A DNA stretch of 63,942 nt, the filler included, from Malassezia furfur (lineage: Eukaryota): NCBI GenBank assembly GCA_052055015.1. It is 3 parts of 3 records of this genome, joined end to end, with 100 filler letters (N's around TTAATTAATTAA, not from the genome) between each part and the next. Parts side by side here need not be neighbours in the genome. Positions count along the whole stretch, not along the records: positions 1 to 23,732 come from JBQJIT010000148.1; 2 more parts are not named here. One strand, written 5' to 3'. The position numbers and the translations under genes are program-made. How positions within the stretch are numbered: position 1 is the stretch's first letter; each line of letters opens with the position of its first letter. The notes under the pieces were generated by a model. That model was not told where the DNA came from and did not search any database. It was given only the letters and a program-made list of their open reading frames with translations. Of the stretch, positions 1 to 11,643 are shown in pieces.

Positions 1-3000
1 GCGCGGCCGGCGCACCGCCGCCAAAGGCAAACGGCGCGGGCGACGCACCATTCGGCGCCGGCTCGGACGTGGACGGCGCGCCGAACGAGAACGCAGGCTT
101 CGCCGCGTCGGGCTTGCCGAACGAGAACGAGGTCGTGGGCGCCGGCGCTTCCGTCGGGGCCGACGCGCCCGCCGGCGGTGTGCTGGCGGGCGGCGTCGCA
201 GCGGCGCCAAAGGCAAACGGCGCGGGCGACGCGGGTTTTGGCTCGTCGGGCTTAGGCGCGCCAAATGCGATGGGCGCCGCGGGCGTATCGGCAGGCTTGC
301 CGAAACTGAACGCAGGCTTATCGGCGGCCGGCGGCGCGGCGCTGGTGGCTGGCTTGGCGTCTGCAGCCGGCTGCCCAAACGCAAACTTGGGCGCTTCCGA
401 TGCAGGCTGCGACGTAGCCGGCTTGCCGAATGCAAACGCCGGCTTGTCCGCCGCAGGCGCACTGGCATCCGCGGGCTTCCCGAAGCCGAACGACGGCGCG
501 CCGCCGGCGGGCTGCCCAAACGCAAACGCAGGCTTGTCAGTAGGCTTGTCGGCAGGCTTGTCCGTAGGCTTGTCCGCCGGCTGCTCGGCGGGCTGCTCGG
601 CGGGCTTCTCGGCGGGCTGACCAAAGCTGAACGCGGGCTTGGGCGCATCGGCCGGCTTGGACTCGGCGCCGCTCGGCTGGCCGAACGAGAAGCTCGGCTT
701 CGGCGCCGCATCCGACTTCTCGGCAGGCTTTCCGAACGAGAAGGGAGCGGCCGTGGCGCTCAGGCCCGAGTTGGCGCGCTTCGCAGGCGCCTCGTCGTCG
801 TCACGACCTCGCTTCTTGTCACCCTCGTCTGCCGACGCCGGCTTCGACTCGGACGGCGCACCAAAGGTCGGCGTAGGCTTGGCATCCTTCGCAGGCTGCC
901 CAAACGAGAACATGGGTGCAGGCGAAGCGCTCGGCGTGGCGTCGGCAGGCTTGGGTGCGCCGAACGAGAACGTGGGCGCCTTGCCCTCCTCCTTGGCGCC
1001 CGACGCGGGCGGTTTGGGCGCGTCCCTGGCCGTCTCTGCCGGTGCCAGTGGACCGCTCGCGCTGTCGGCCGGCTTGCTCCCGAACGAGAAGCCCGACGAG
1101 GCGGGTGCAGGCGCCGACGATGCTTCCGGCTTCGATGTGCCGAACGAGAAGGCCGGCTTGTCATTCTTGGGCGCCGGCGTCTCTGCCTTGGCGCCGCCGA
1201 ACGAAAAGGCCGGCTTGTCGTCCTTGGGCGCATCCGCCTTTGCACCGCCAAAAGAGAAGGCTGGCTTGTCCGCAGGCTTGTCGGCGGACTTGTCGTCCGC
1301 CGGCTTCCCGAACGCAAACCCACTCGGCTTCTCCTTATTGCTGTCGCTGGACGCCGCGCCAAAGCCCGACGCCAGTCCGAGGCCCGACGACGGGGCATCG
1401 GACGCCGGCTTACCAAACGAGAAGCCGCTCGGCTTGGCCCCCTCCGCAGGCTTTGCGCCAAAGCCCGCCGCAAGGCCCAGGCCGCTCGGCTTGGGCGCCT
1501 CGGTCGCCTTGGCCCCGAAGAAGTTGGGCACGGGCCCCTCATTCTTTTTCGTGGAGGTCGACTCGCTCTGCGACGTGGGCGGCGTTGCAAAGAACGACGA
1601 GCCGCCGCTCGGCTTCGGCGCAGGCGCTGCGTCTGCAGGCTTGGGCGCACCGAACGAGAAACTCGGCGCGGGTGCGTCCTTGGCGCCGAACAGTGTCGCG
1701 CCCGGCGCCGGCGCCTTGGCCGGCGTCGTGCTCGGCTCCGCCGGCCCGCCCAGGCGGCTCAGCAGCGAGCTGTCGCCCGACGCGGGCTTGGAAAAGGTAA
1801 ACGTGGGCGCGGGTGCCTCGGTCTTGGGCTGCTCCGCGGGTGGCGCCGGGGCAGGCGCCGCGCTCGGCTTGGTATCCGACTTGCCCTCGCCAAACGTAAA
1901 GTGGCTCGGGAAAAGTCCTGTAGGCAGCTTAATCTTTTCGAGTTCCTCCGACTGCGGCAAATCGTCTTCCTCGTCGTCGTCGAACGCTGTGATGCGTCCC
2001 GACGGCGCGTGTCGGCGATTCTTCTTCGGCGCGCCCTGGCGCAGCACGGAGCGTTTCCGATCGGGCTCGTCGTCGGTGCGCACCGAAAAGGTATCTTTGC
2101 GCGCCGGCGGCGCAGGCGCCTGGTCTGCCGTGGGCAGCTCCTCGATCTTGGGTGCACACGCATCCGCACGCGCGGCTGCCGGTGCCGGCGGCACGGGGAC
2201 CTCTGCCTCGGGCTCTTCGACGGTCGGCACGTCGCGCGGCTTGGATGTGGGCTTGCGCGGGCTCGTGGGCTTGGCTGCCTTGGCGGCACGGCGCGCCGAA
2301 CGGCGCACGGGCACCTCGGGCTCGGGCTCGGGCGCAACGAGCTCTTCCTCGCGCATCGCACCCTCGTCGGCACCGCTCTCGGCGTCGCTCGGCGCACCGC
2401 CGAGGATGGCATGCTCGACTTCTTCTTCGTCGTGCAGCGGGTCGAATGCCTCGTCCACGCGCACAGAGTGGCGCAGCTTGGAGCGCATGTTGGGCTGCTG
2501 TGCGATCTGCGTGCGGCGCAGCTGCTGCGAGCGCTGCAGGCTGCGCGAGTGCGGCGCGATACTGCGACCCGGCGAGCGCGACTGCGACGCACTCAGCGTG
2601 CCCGTGCGCTGCGTGGGCGCAGGTAGCGGCACCGAGATCGACGTCGTCTGCCACGACGGCATCGACTGCGACCGCACAATGCCCTCGCGGCGTGCATCGC
2701 CCAGCGGAGTGCGCATGCTTTCGAGCGCACGCAGAATGCGTTCCGCCTCGTTTTGCGGCGGCGGCGGGCGCGGGCGGCTGCGCTCGAGCTCGTCGGCATC
2801 GACGAAGCCCATCGCAGGGTCCCAGACCATGCGCCGCTTGCGTGCCGACGGCTGCTCCGCCGGGGCGTCGGTTGCGTCGGCATTCGCATCGGGACGCGGC
2901 GGCGACCGCTTGCCGAGCACCGAGCCGTCCGACGTGGTCAGGGACGCGGGCAGCTCAGGTGCGGACGGGCGCACAGGCTCGGGTGCCTCGGTCCGCTTCG

Positions 3001-3547
3001 GGAGCCATTCGCGCACCGACGGCTGCGTCGAGAGCGACGGCGTCTGCGTGGGGCCGAGGTGCAGCGTGCTCCATGCCGAGCGCGACGAGCTCAGTCCGCT
3101 CATCGAGTGGCTTGCAGGCAACGTGTCAACCCCCCGCGCCCCACGCGCACGCACGGGCGTGAGCTGGGCGCGCGTGCGCAGCGCACTGGGCGTAGCAGCG
3201 CGCGCAAAGAGCGCCTGGCGATCCGGCGTGTACTGCGGGGTGGGCAGTGTGGACCGCGGCACCTCGAACGAGGTGCGCGCGGACCTCTCTGAGGCACGCT
3301 CGGGAGTATATGTTGGCGGCGCCTCAATCTTGGCGCGCTTGGGCGGCGTCGGCTCGTCGTGCGTCGGCAGCAGGCCGCGGCGCGGGCTTGACCAGGGCAC
3401 GGCGCGCAGCAATCGGCTTCCGATGCTGGAGAGGAGCCCGCCCCTTTGCGGGGTGTGTGGTTCGGACTCGTTCTGGGTTTGCGACCCGTTGGCGAGCCAC
3501 ATCGAGCTGTCCGACGTCGGCGCACGGGACGGCGTCGAGCGAAACAT
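1..3547 (-). CDS. FxFG-repeat nucleoporin (Nup1/Nup124/Nup153-like nuclear basket FG-Nup), 3' end runs off window
   Basis: The minus frame from ATG at 3547 (MFRSTPSRAPTSDSSMWLANG...) appears open to the window edge. The C-terminal half has many PAFSFG/PSFGFG/FTFG repeats; the + strand ORFs 69..620 and 639..3641 are its antisense shadow (PNEK is the reverse of FSFG). Confidence 0.8.
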   Translation of the reverse strand, partial: MFRSTPSRAPTSDSSMWLANGSQTQNESEPHTPQRGGLLSSIGSRLLRAVPWSSPRRGLLPTHDEPTPPKRAKIEAPPTYTPERASERSARTSFEVPRSTLPTPQYTPDRQALFARAATPSALRTRAQLTPVRARGARGVDTLPASHSMSGLSSSRSAWSTLHLGPTQTPSLSTQPSVREWLPKRTEAPEPVRPSAPELPASLTTSDGSVLGKRSPPRPDANADATDAPAEQPSARKRRMVWDPAMGFVDADELERSRPRPPPPQNEAERILRALESMRTPLGDARREGIVRSQSMPSWQTTSISVPLPAPTQRTGTLSASQSRSPGRSIAPHSRSLQRSQQLRRTQIAQQPNMRSKLRHSVRVDEAFDPLHDEEEVEHAILGGAPSDAESGADEGAMREEELVAPEPEPEVPVRRSARRAAKAAKPTSPRKPTSKPRDVPTVEEPEAEVPVPPAPAAARADACAPKIEELPTADQAPAPPARKDTFSVRTDDEPDRKRSVLRQGAPKKNRRHAPSGRITAFDDDEEDDLPQSEELEKIKLPTGLFPSHFTFGEGKSDTKPSAAPAPAPPAEQPKTEAPAPTFTFSKPASGDSSLLSRLGGPAEPSTTPAKAPAPGATLFGAKDAPAPSFSFGAPKPADAAPAPKPSGGSSFFATPPTSQSESTSTKKNEGPVPNFFGAKATEAPKPSGLGLAAGFGAKPAEGAKPSGFSFGKPASDAPSSGLGLASGFGAASSDSNKEKPSGFAFGKPADDKSADKPADKPAFSFGGAKADAPKDDKPAFSFGGAKAETPAPKNDKPAFSFGTSKPEASSAPAPASSGFSFGSKPADSASGPLAPAETARDAPKPPASGAKEEGKAPTFSFGAPKPADATPSASPAPMFSFGQPAKDAKPTPTFGAPSESKPASADEGDKKRGRDDDEAPAKRANSGLSATAAPFSFGKPAEKSDAAPKPSFSFGQPSGAESKPADAPKPAFSFGQPAEKPAEQPAEQPADKPTDKPADKPTDKPAFAFGQPAGGAPSFGFGKPADASAPAADKPAFAFGKPATSQPASEAPKFAFGQPAADAKPATSAAPPAADKPAFSFGKPADTPAAPIAFGAPKPDEPKPASPAPFAFGAAATPPASTPPAGASAPTEAPAPTTSFSFGKPDAAKPAFSFGAPSTSEPAPNGASPAPFAFGGGAPAA

Positions 3548-3627
3548 CACCGAAGCCGCAAGCGACGTTCGTCCCAGCGGCGCCGAAAAATCACGTGCGG
3601 GCCCGAGCGCACCGACGTGGTTCGACG

Positions 3628-4063
3628 ATGACCTTCTTTGAAGTGTTTGCTGGACTCTCGGGTGCGACGGCCGTCGTGGCGGGGTAGGTACGGATGCATT
3701 GACGCAGTGCTTTTGGTGCGCATGCGCTCAAGGACAAGCTGAACCCGCACCGTGCGTATGGACGAGCGTAGACGAACTAACGTGTCAGAGGCCGCGTCGT
3801 GGTCGACCGCGACGCACTACCAGCTGGTGCACTCGGTTGCGCTGCTGTTCATCTCGTCGCGTGTGCCGTTGACTGGCGCCGCATACTTTGCTAGTGCCGC
3901 GTTCGCGACGGGCATCACGCTGTTCAGTGGCTCGATCTACGGACTGTGCCTGCTGAATGCCGGCAGCCCGCTGCGCAAGGTGCTGGGCCCGACGACGCCC
4001 CTCGGTGGCCTCTCGTTCATTGCGGGCTGGATTGCGCTTGCGATTGCGGCGCGCCGCTTCTGA
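3628..4063 (+). CDS. DUF423/TMEM256-family small membrane protein (2 introns)
   Basis: Spliced product MTFFEVFAGLSGATAVVAG|AFGAHALKDKL...W.TA.HYQLVHS...G.TLFSGSIY...LGP.TPLGG carries the family motifs GAFGAH, YQ..HS, LFSGS and TP.GG. Confidence 0.85.
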
Positions 4064-4363
4064 GTGCGTGCATGTGAGTGTGTGCGAGTGCGCGGCATGG
4101 CGTGCACCGCGCTGCGCGGGTGAACGCGGCGCCGCAGAAGCGCGCGGCCAGGCACACACATCCCCCGTGGGCATGTGCAGTGATGTGCCTCGGTCACCCC
4201 TCCCCTGTAGCGCTGTAGAGTGCGCAAGGTTGCCTCGGTCGCGCCGACGGCCCTGTAGCGTGGCCCCTGCACCGATCCGATCGCGTCGTATATCACGTGA
4301 CCGACCCGGCCCTCTCCGGCGCTGGGCGCGGGCGGCTCCATCCTACGTCGATCGAAGAACGAT

Positions 4364-4624
4364 ATGTCGGGCGCAACCTGGAGGAACTACTTCTCGTATG
4401 TGTGCCCCCTTGGCGCCCTCATTAACACCGCAGGTACAGCCGGTACACGGCCATCGCTGCCAAGGCGACGCGCAACTCGCTGAAGGAGGCGGAGCGCGTG
4501 GCTGCTGAGCGCCGCAGTCAACAGGCCCTCCGCTACCAGACTTGGAAGAACGGCGAGGCGAGCGAGCAGGTATGTGGTGCACATGCTCACACAGAACAAC
4601 CTTGGCTACGGCAAGAAGAACTGA
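4364..4624 (+). CDS. ATP15: Mitochondrial F1-ATP synthase subunit epsilon (2 introns)
   Basis: Spliced: MSGATWRNYFS|YSRYTAIAAKATRNSLKEAERVAAERRSQQALRYQTWKNGEASEQ|NNLGYGKKN*. The W..../Y..Y..IAA.A.R..LK/W.NG pattern matches ATP synthase epsilon; both introns have GTATGT donors. Missed by the ORF track. Confidence 0.85.
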
Positions 4625-4723
4625 TTGCCTTTTGCTGCCTGACAGAGTCCAGTAGATCTGCGGCAATGGTATGAACTGCTTCTATCCACAAAAAGCAGCC
4701 CGAGCAAGGGGTATGTGGGCCAG

Positions 4724-7700
4724 CTATGCGCCGAAAAACTCCCAGTCGGCCTCGACAAACTTGAGCATGTAGTCGTCGATTGACCCCACGGGGTCGTCCT
4801 CCTCCTCCTCCACGTCCTCCGCGTCCTCTGCGTCGGGCGGCGCGTCGGCGCGCGCAGCGGCGCGCGGTGCGTCGGCGTGCGGGACGCTCTCGGCGGCAAA
4901 GTCGGCCTGGTCGAGCTGCATCTCCTCCTGGGCGGCGTGTGCCGCGGCGGCGTCCTCCGCGTCCTCTGCAGCGGAGAACGCGCGGTCGATGTCGCGGCTG
5001 GACGACGCGTCAGCGGCCTCGTCGCCGACGCGCACGCCGCCGAGCGAGGTGCCGTCGTCGAGCATGTCGCGCCAGTCGCTGCGCAGGAGGTGCTCGGTGG
5101 TGAACTCGCCCTGCTGGATCACCATGCTGTCCAGGCGGCGTTTTTGGTTGGCCTTGCGGAGCATGTTTTCCTCGATGGTGTGCTCGCTGACGAAGCGGTA
5201 GATGTGCACGTCGCGGGTCTGGCCGATACGGTGCGCGCGGTCCATGCACTGCGACTCGATCGCCGCGTTCCAGTCGAGGTCGTAGAAGAGCACCGTGTCC
5301 GCGCCGACGAGGTTGATGCCGAGCCCGCCGGAGCGCGTGCTCAGAATAAACGCCGAGATGCGCGTGTCGCGGTTGAAGCGCTCCGTGAGTACCTGGCGCT
5401 GCTCGACCTTGGTGGCGCCGTCGAGGCGCAGGTAGCGATAGCCCTGGTAGTTGAAGAACTTTTCCAGGATGTCGAGCACCTTGGTCATCTGCGTAAAGAT
5501 AAGCACGCGGTGGCCGTTGGGCACGAGGCGCCGCATCAGCACGTCGAGCTGCTGCAGCTTGCCGCAGTCGTACTGGAGCAGCGAGGCGTCGGGGAACGCG
5601 ACGTTCAGCTGCACGGCCGCGTGGTGCAGCGGGTCGGCCGCGGGCGTCTGCCACGGCGCGAGGGCCGCGGCGTCGACGCCCGGCAGCGCCGCACGTGCGA
5701 CGTCGGGCGCGACGGCCGGCGGCGTCGCAAACGCAAAGCGCGTCAGCGTGTCGGCCATGTGCGCACTGCGCTCTGCGTACGACTGCACCGCGGCACACAG
5801 CGGCTCGCACCGCGTCCAGTAGTGCGCCGTGTCGCCGCCGCACACGTCGAGTGGCACGAGCGGCGAGCGCCCCCACGAGGCGGCCATGCGCAGGACGCCG
5901 CGGCCGTAGACGGGCTGTGCGTCGCAGCGGAGGCGGTTGAGGTACGCGCGGTGCCGGTCCTGTGCGGCGATCTCGTGCGCGCGGCTCACGGCGAGTGCGT
6001 AGCGCAGGTCGTGGGCCGAGGTGGCCGACAGGGGCGGCACGGGCGCGAGCGGCGCGTGCTGCGCGAGGGCGTGCGACGCCTGCAAGTGGCGGTAGCGGCG
6101 CGTGGCGAGCGGCGTGAGCAGCGGCTCGCGGTGGGTGAAGCGCAGGTTGAGCAGGTCGAGGTTCACGTGCTCGTCGGCGTCCTGGAGCAGGCGGCGGCGC
6201 ACGAGCAGGTCTTTGATCTCATAGTCGGCCGCGACCGAGCGGCTCTGTGCAAACGCCGTGACGGTCGGGCGCGGCTCGAACAGGTCGGGGTGGTTGCACA
6301 CCTTACGCAGCTGCATCAGGCAGTTGATGATGCTCATGTAGTTGCCGCTCGCCAGGCTCTCGCGCGTCTTGGCGCGCGACATAAAGTCGTTGTACAGGAA
6401 GCGCTGGCGCTTCGACAGGCGGCACGGCAGCACATGCTCGTACTTTTTCGGCATCTCGCGCTCGACGTCCGACTTGAGCCGGCGCAGCACATACGGGCGG
6501 AGCACCGTGTGCAGCTTGGCGACCGTCGCGCGCGTCTCCTCGTCCATCGACTCGCCGCTCTCGGCCGCGCGGCCGAGCGGCTGCGAGAACCAGTCCTGGA
6601 AGTCTTTCATGTTGGAGAACGCGCCGCTGGCGGCGGCGACCTCGGCGATGCCCTGCGGCATGAGGAAGTACATCAAGCTCCACAGATCCATCAGGTTGTT
6701 CTGCAGCGGCGTGCCGGTGAGCAGCAGGCGCCGCTGCGTGTTGAAGCCGAGCAGCGTCTGCCACCGCTGCGAGCGGAAGTTTTTGATGTTGTGCGCCTCG
6801 TCGAGCACGAGGTACATCCACGGCTTGCGCCGGAAGATGTGCTGGTCGGCCAGCACGAGCTGGTACGACGTGATGCACACGTGGAAGCTGTTCTCCGTGT
6901 TCCATCCGACACGCTTCGCCTTGCGCTTCTTCTGCGTGCCGTAGTACGACAAAATCTTGAAGCCGGGCAGAAACTTTTTGAACTCCATCTCCCAGTTGAG
7001 CATCACACTCGTCGGCGCCACAATCAGATGCGGGCCCCAGATCCCGCGGTCGCACGCGAGGTGCGCCAGCAGCGCAATCGTCTGGATCGTCTTGCCGAGT
7101 CCCATCTCGTCCGCCAGAATGCCGTTCACGTTGTTGTTGTACAGACTGACGAGCCACTCCAGGCCGCGTTGTTGGTACGGCCGCAGCGTGCCGCGCAGCA
7201 GGAAGGGCGTCCGCACGAGCGGCAGCGACGCATCTTTTTGCGCCGCCGCCGACGCAGGCGACAGCGGCGTCGCGTCGTTAAGCGCGGCTTTTTCGCCCTC
7301 GGCGCGGTACGCTTCGACGTCCTCGGCAATCTCGGCCTCGATCTCGCCGGCATCGGAGCGCGACACGGACGGGGGGCGCGTAGAGGATGTACGGGTGGCA
7401 GCGGTGTCGGACGCGTGCTCTTGGTCGGCTTCGGCCGTCGCGTCGCCCGCTTTGCCCTCGTCCTCGTCCTGCATGTCCTCAACGTTCTCCTCTTCCTCCT
7501 CGTCCTCCTCGTCCTCCTCTTCCTCCTCGTCCTCCTCTTCCTCTTCGTCCTCGTCCTCGTCCTCGTCCTCGCCGTCTTCCTCGACACTGGTATCACGCTC
7601 AAGAGGGCCGGGCGGAGGAAGACCGTCGCCGTAGCCGTACTTCTTCTTCAGCTCTTCGAGCGACAGCTCTGCATCGGCTAGCAGATCGGCGTCCTCCGAG

Positions 7701-9553
7701 TCGTCCTCGACGTCGTCGTCCCACATCTGCTGCTCGAGTGCTTCGTCGTCCTCCTCCATGGCCTCGGCACCTGGACTCGTAGCCACTTCGCCCTCGCTCG
7801 CAACGACGCTCGACGCTTGCGTCTCTTCGTCGGCGTCCTCTTCGTCTTCCTCGTCTTCCTCTTCGTCTTCTTCCTCATCTTCCTTGTCGTCGTCGTCGTC
7901 TTCTTCGTCCTCGTCCTCGTCTTCGTCCTCGTCCTCGTCGTCGTCGTCGCTCTGGCGCATCGACAGCTCTGCGTGCTGCGTCTCAAGCATCTGCGTGCTC
8001 TGCTCAATGATCGCCTGCAGCTGCTTCTTGCCGAGCTTCTCGCGCTCGGCCTTCTCCATCGCCTGCTTCTGTGCGCGCACGACGGTCACAGCGAGCTTCC
8101 ACTGCCGTGCAACTTCACGCACGGTCCATTTTGCCAGCGCACGCTGCCGCTTCTCTTCGAGCTTCTGCGCACGCTCGTCGCTGTGCAGCGCACGCTCCCA
8201 GTACGCGGCAATCATTCGTGACACCTTCTTGGCGAGCTGGAGACGCGTCTTGTGCAGCTGATGCATCCGCCGTGCGCGAACCACCACGCCGTCGAGCAGG
8301 TGGTCGTGGTGCGCCTTGGCGCGCGGCGCCTCTTGCGGCTTGAGTTTCTGGAGTGCAAGCGTGCCGCTCGGCTCGAGCGACTTGCCTTGCTGCCGGTACG
8401 CATCCCACCGCCGGTACAGCTGCGCCTCGCGCGCGATGCGTTGCTCACGCGTCGCTGGCGAAACTACCTCGTCGTCCCACATAGTATACGACGCAAACAG
8501 CGCCTGCAGCGACCCTCGCGGCTCGAGCGACGGCTGCGGGCGCTGCGCGGGGTGCATCAGCGGGAGCATCGGCGGGTGCCGTGCATTCAGCTTCGCGCTC
8601 GCCAGCGGCACAAGCCCGATCGTCGGTGCGGGCGGCGACGCAGCGCGCGCACGGCGCTCCGGCGCACGGCGCTTCGGCTCTGGCGCAGATGCACGGCGCG
8701 TGCCGGACGTCGACGCACTCGGCGCAGGCTCAGGTGTGAGGCCGAGCGCCTTGCGCTGCTCCTGTGCGGTCCGGCGCGTGGACCGCGTCGCGCCGAGCGG
8801 CTTAGACTCGAGCAGCTTCGTGGCGAGGTCGTAGTGCTGCTGAAACTGGCGGAACACCTCGCTGGTGTCTGCCTGTGCCACTTTAGGGTCGTAGCTCGTG
8901 AGGGTGACAAACTTGGTGAGATGGTACAGCTCGCGCACCAGCGCGTCGTGCTCCTTTTGCGTGGTATCGAGGTTTTCGTGCACGAGCTGGGCCTGGAGCG
9001 CGCGGCACCGCTCCAAGCGCGCCTCGGCGTCGGGCGGCGTGGGTGCCGGCGGCTGCGACGCCCACCGCAGGTGGCGGTAGGCGTCGCTTTCGAGCGCCAG
9101 GCGCGACGGTCGGTGCGTGCGTGAGGAATGCCGCACACCGCCGGTCTCTTCCTTGGGCGCGGGCGCGTCTTTTGCGTCATCGTCCATCTGGAATGCGCGT
9201 CCAGGGCTCGAAAAGCTCAGCTCGCTGTCGAGCCGCCGCCGCTTGCGCTCGGGGTCGGATGCACGGCGCTTGGAGCGCGTGGCCGACGCCGTGGCGCGCG
9301 CGGCGACGATGCCCTGCGGCGCGACGTCCAGCGCCGTAGCGGCCGGCACATCGGTTGGCGGCGCCTCGTGCTTGATGGGCGTCTCTGGCGCGCCGGACGC
9401 GCCGTTCGTGCCGTCGTGCGCCGCAGCGTCGTTGGGGGCCGGCGCGGGCGGCGCCTCGTCCGCTGCGCCAGGTTCGGGCGCGCGTAGATTGTGCACATGC
9501 GGCGTCTCCGCCTGCGCAGTGCTTGGCGCACGCGGCAAGTCGGCCTCGTCCAT
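4724..9553 (-). CDS. SWR1: SWR1 Snf2-family chromatin remodelling ATPase
   Basis: HSA-like helical region, acidic tracts, [27 protein letters not shown], split ATPase with insertion, [22 protein letters not shown] and [15 protein letters not shown] at 9553 (MDEADLP). Confidence 0.95.
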   Translation of the reverse strand: MDEADLPRAPSTAQAETPHVHNLRAPEPGAADEAPPAPAPNDAAAHDGTNGASGAPETPIKHEAPPTDVPAATALDVAPQGIVAARATASATRSKRRASDPERKRRRLDSELSFSSPGRAFQMDDDAKDAPAPKEETGGVRHSSRTHRPSRLALESDAYRHLRWASQPPAPTPPDAEARLERCRALQAQLVHENLDTTQKEHDALVRELYHLTKFVTLTSYDPKVAQADTSEVFRQFQQHYDLATKLLESKPLGATRSTRRTAQEQRKALGLTPEPAPSASTSGTRRASAPEPKRRAPERRARAASPPAPTIGLVPLASAKLNARHPPMLPLMHPAQRPQPSLEPRGSLQALFASYTMWDDEVVSPATREQRIAREAQLYRRWDAYRQQGKSLEPSGTLALQKLKPQEAPRAKAHHDHLLDGVVVRARRMHQLHKTRLQLAKKVSRMIAAYWERALHSDERAQKLEEKRQRALAKWTVREVARQWKLAVTVVRAQKQAMEKAEREKLGKKQLQAIIEQSTQMLETQHAELSMRQSDDDDEDEDEDEDEDEEDDDDDKEDEEEDEEEDEEDEEDADEETQASSVVASEGEVATSPGAEAMEEDDEALEQQMWDDDVEDDSEDADLLADAELSLEELKKKYGYGDGLPPPGPLERDTSVEEDGEDEDEDEDEEEEEDEEEEEDEEDEEEEENVEDMQDEDEGKAGDATAEADQEHASDTAATRTSSTRPPSVSRSDAGEIEAEIAEDVEAYRAEGEKAALNDATPLSPASAAAQKDASLPLVRTPFLLRGTLRPYQQRGLEWLVSLYNNNVNGILADEMGLGKTIQTIALLAHLACDRGIWGPHLIVAPTSVMLNWEMEFKKFLPGFKILSYYGTQKKRKAKRVGWNTENSFHVCITSYQLVLADQHIFRRKPWMYLVLDEAHNIKNFRSQRWQTLLGFNTQRRLLLTGTPLQNNLMDLWSLMYFLMPQGIAEVAAASGAFSNMKDFQDWFSQPLGRAAESGESMDEETRATVAKLHTVLRPYVLRRLKSDVEREMPKKYEHVLPCRLSKRQRFLYNDFMSRAKTRESLASGNYMSIINCLMQLRKVCNHPDLFEPRPTVTAFAQSRSVAADYEIKDLLVRRRLLQDADEHVNLDLLNLRFTHREPLLTPLATRRYRHLQASHALAQHAPLAPVPPLSATSAHDLRYALAVSRAHEIAAQDRHRAYLNRLRCDAQPVYGRGVLRMAASWGRSPLVPLDVCGGDTAHYWTRCEPLCAAVQSYAERSAHMADTLTRFAFATPPAVAPDVARAALPGVDAAALAPWQTPAADPLHHAAVQLNVAFPDASLLQYDCGKLQQLDVLMRRLVPNGHRVLIFTQMTKVLDILEKFFNYQGYRYLRLDGATKVEQRQVLTERFNRDTRISAFILSTRSGGLGINLVGADTVLFYDLDWNAAIESQCMDRAHRIGQTRDVHIYRFVSEHTIEENMLRKANQKRRLDSMVIQQGEFTTEHLLRSDWRDMLDDGTSLGGVRVGDEAADASSSRDIDRAFSAAEDAEDAAAAHAAQEEMQLDQADFAAESVPHADAPRAAARADAPPDAEDAEDVEEEEDDPVGSIDDYMLKFVEADWEFFGA

Positions 9554-9669
9554 GTACGTACGCCGCGTCGCGGCGGAAGGCAGCGTGGTGCGAACCCGCC
9601 GCGCACGTGTTCGCGGCACGGCGCGGAGCCTGCCAGGCTACCTCCACCTCGGCGAGCGGGGGGGCGACG

Positions 9670-10269
9670 ATGGGTGTCGCGTTCAGCCGGCTATGGACCT
9701 CGTTGTTTGGGCAGCAGGAGCTCAAGATCTGTATTCTGGGGTAGGTCGTGCCGCTCACCGCAGACTGGATAATGCGGGCAAGACGACATTGATGTACAAA
9801 ATGACGCTCGGGTCGGTCGTCGCGACGGCGCCGACCATCGGGTCGAACACCGAGACGTTTGAATACAAAAACCTCAAGTTCCTTCTGTGGGATGTCGGCG
9901 GGCAGACGTCGCTGCGTTCCAGCTGGGCACAATACCTCACGGCGACCGACGCGGTACGTTGCACGCGCACTTACCCAGCTCATCTACGTCGTCGACAGCA
10001 ACGACCGGGACCGCGTTGCGCTCGCGCGCACCGAGCTGCACCGCATCGCCGCCGAAGAGAACGTGGCGCGTGCGCCGATCCTCGTGTGGGCGAACAAGCA
10101 GGACGTCAAGGGCGCGATGAACGCGTCCGAGATCTCCGACGCGCTCAACCTCGCCGCCTTCCGCGACCGCACGTGGCAAATCTTTGGGTGCTCCGCGCTG
10201 ACGGGCAAGGGCCTCACGCCCGGCCTCGACTGGCTCGCCACGACACTCGCGAAAAAGAACACCACATAG
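9670..10269 (+). CDS. ARL5: ARF-like small GTPase, Arl5-type (2 introns)
   Basis: MG myristoylation start, [43 protein letters not shown] and SLRSSW are typical of Arl5. Introns of 23 and 25 nt. Confidence 0.8.
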
Positions 10270-10275
10270 CCTGTA

Positions 10276-11519
10276 CTACAATCCCTGCGAGCGCAGATCG
10301 CGCTCGTGCCGCGACGTGTCCTCGTTCGCGAGGTGTCTGGGTCAGTCGCGCGCGTACGTACGTCCACTTGCTCCGGCTGCGCTTGCCAAAGTCGCGCACC
10401 TGCATGATTTTGGGCAGCGCCGCCTTGTTCACCGTGCTCTCGGTCTGCTGCGTGTAGTCCCGCTGGAGAATGTCCATGTCCTGGTAGAACGCGCCCTTGT
10501 GGTGGTACTTTTGCAGGAAGCCCTGGCTGCCCCGCTGCTTCTCCTGCCGCGTCTGCCGCGCATACGCGAGGTCCTCCTTGAGGCGCTGTGCCTCGGGCAG
10601 CGCACGGCGCCGCTCGATCTCCTCGCGCTCCTCGCGCTGCTGCCGCTCCTGCATCTGGAGCCGCTGGATGCGCGCTAGCTCACGAAGGCGCCAGGCGGCA
10701 AACTCGGCATCAGGGTCGACGTCGTCCGTGTCATCGACCTCGTGCGTGGTCTCTTCGTGCTTCTTCTCCCGCAAATCACGCTGCACACGCTCGGCCGCAA
10801 GGTCATGCGCAGTCTTGCGCTGCGCGTCGCGCTCCGTGTCTTGCGAGTGCGTCGTGGTATGGAGAGAACGCTCGGCGGCCGCGGCGCGTTCGCGTCTGCG
10901 TTAGTGCATCGACGTACTTGGATACAAATACAGGTTTGAGCATCACGGGCTCCGGCTCCGACTCGCTCTCGCTTTCGCTCTCACTCTCCGTCTCACTCTC
11001 CGTCTCGCCCTCGGACGACGACGGCGCGACGGGTGGGGCACCGAGAGTCACGGCGGCAGGCGCGCGGGCTGGCGGCGCACGCGGTGGCTGCGCGGTGATG
11101 GGCCGCATGCGTGGTGCGGTGGGCGAAGGTGCGCGCTTAGGCGCGGCGGCCGGCGCGGCAGGCTTCGAAGCCGGTGGTGCTGGCGTTGGCTCTGCCTGCT
11201 CCTCCTCGTCGGTATCCGTTTCTGTGTAAGGTGACCACGTACCATACTCGCTCAAATCTACACCAGTATCGTCTGCTGGTTGCCCGGCCTGGGACGCGTC
11301 CTGCGCGTCGCGTGTCGGAAACTGGATGGCTTCGTCACCGCGCTGGATTGTAACACCGGCCGAGCGCGCCTGGGGCACGGCCGTATGGCTTGGTAGCGGC
11401 TGCAGCTCCTCCTGTACGGGTACGGGCGCCGGTGCATCGTCGTCCGACGACTCGTCCACGAGCGGCACGGGCGCTTTGCCCGGGCGGTAGCGCGCAGGCC
11501 GTGCTGGGCGTCCGCTCAT
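10276..11519 (-). CDS. MFAP1: MFAP1/Spp381-like spliceosomal B-complex protein (3 introns)
   Basis: RYRPGKAP at the N-terminus, [70 protein letters not shown]. Confidence 0.9.
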
Positions 11520-11643
11520 AAGTGGAGGCAGGAGACGCACGCGTGGAGGAGGCCGCGGGGTGGTGCACCGGCCGGAGGGCGGTCGGAGACCATGCGGGCC
11601 AGGATCATCAACACCGTTCGATCTACATCGGTCCTCCGTCCTA

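Noticed and set aside
69..3641. Long + strand ORFs (183 and 1000 aa) and similar long antisense ORFs such as 4877..7681, 26881..29835 and 37118..38590
   Set aside because: They are shadows of real opposite-strand genes; high GC3 depletes antisense stop codons, and their translations have no recognisable motifs.
7480..7950. (TCC/TCG/TCT)n trinucleotide-like repeats; also the KKD/E repeat at about 37250-37330
   Set aside because: These encode the acidic tracts of Swr1 and the basic tail of Nop58, both normal for these families.
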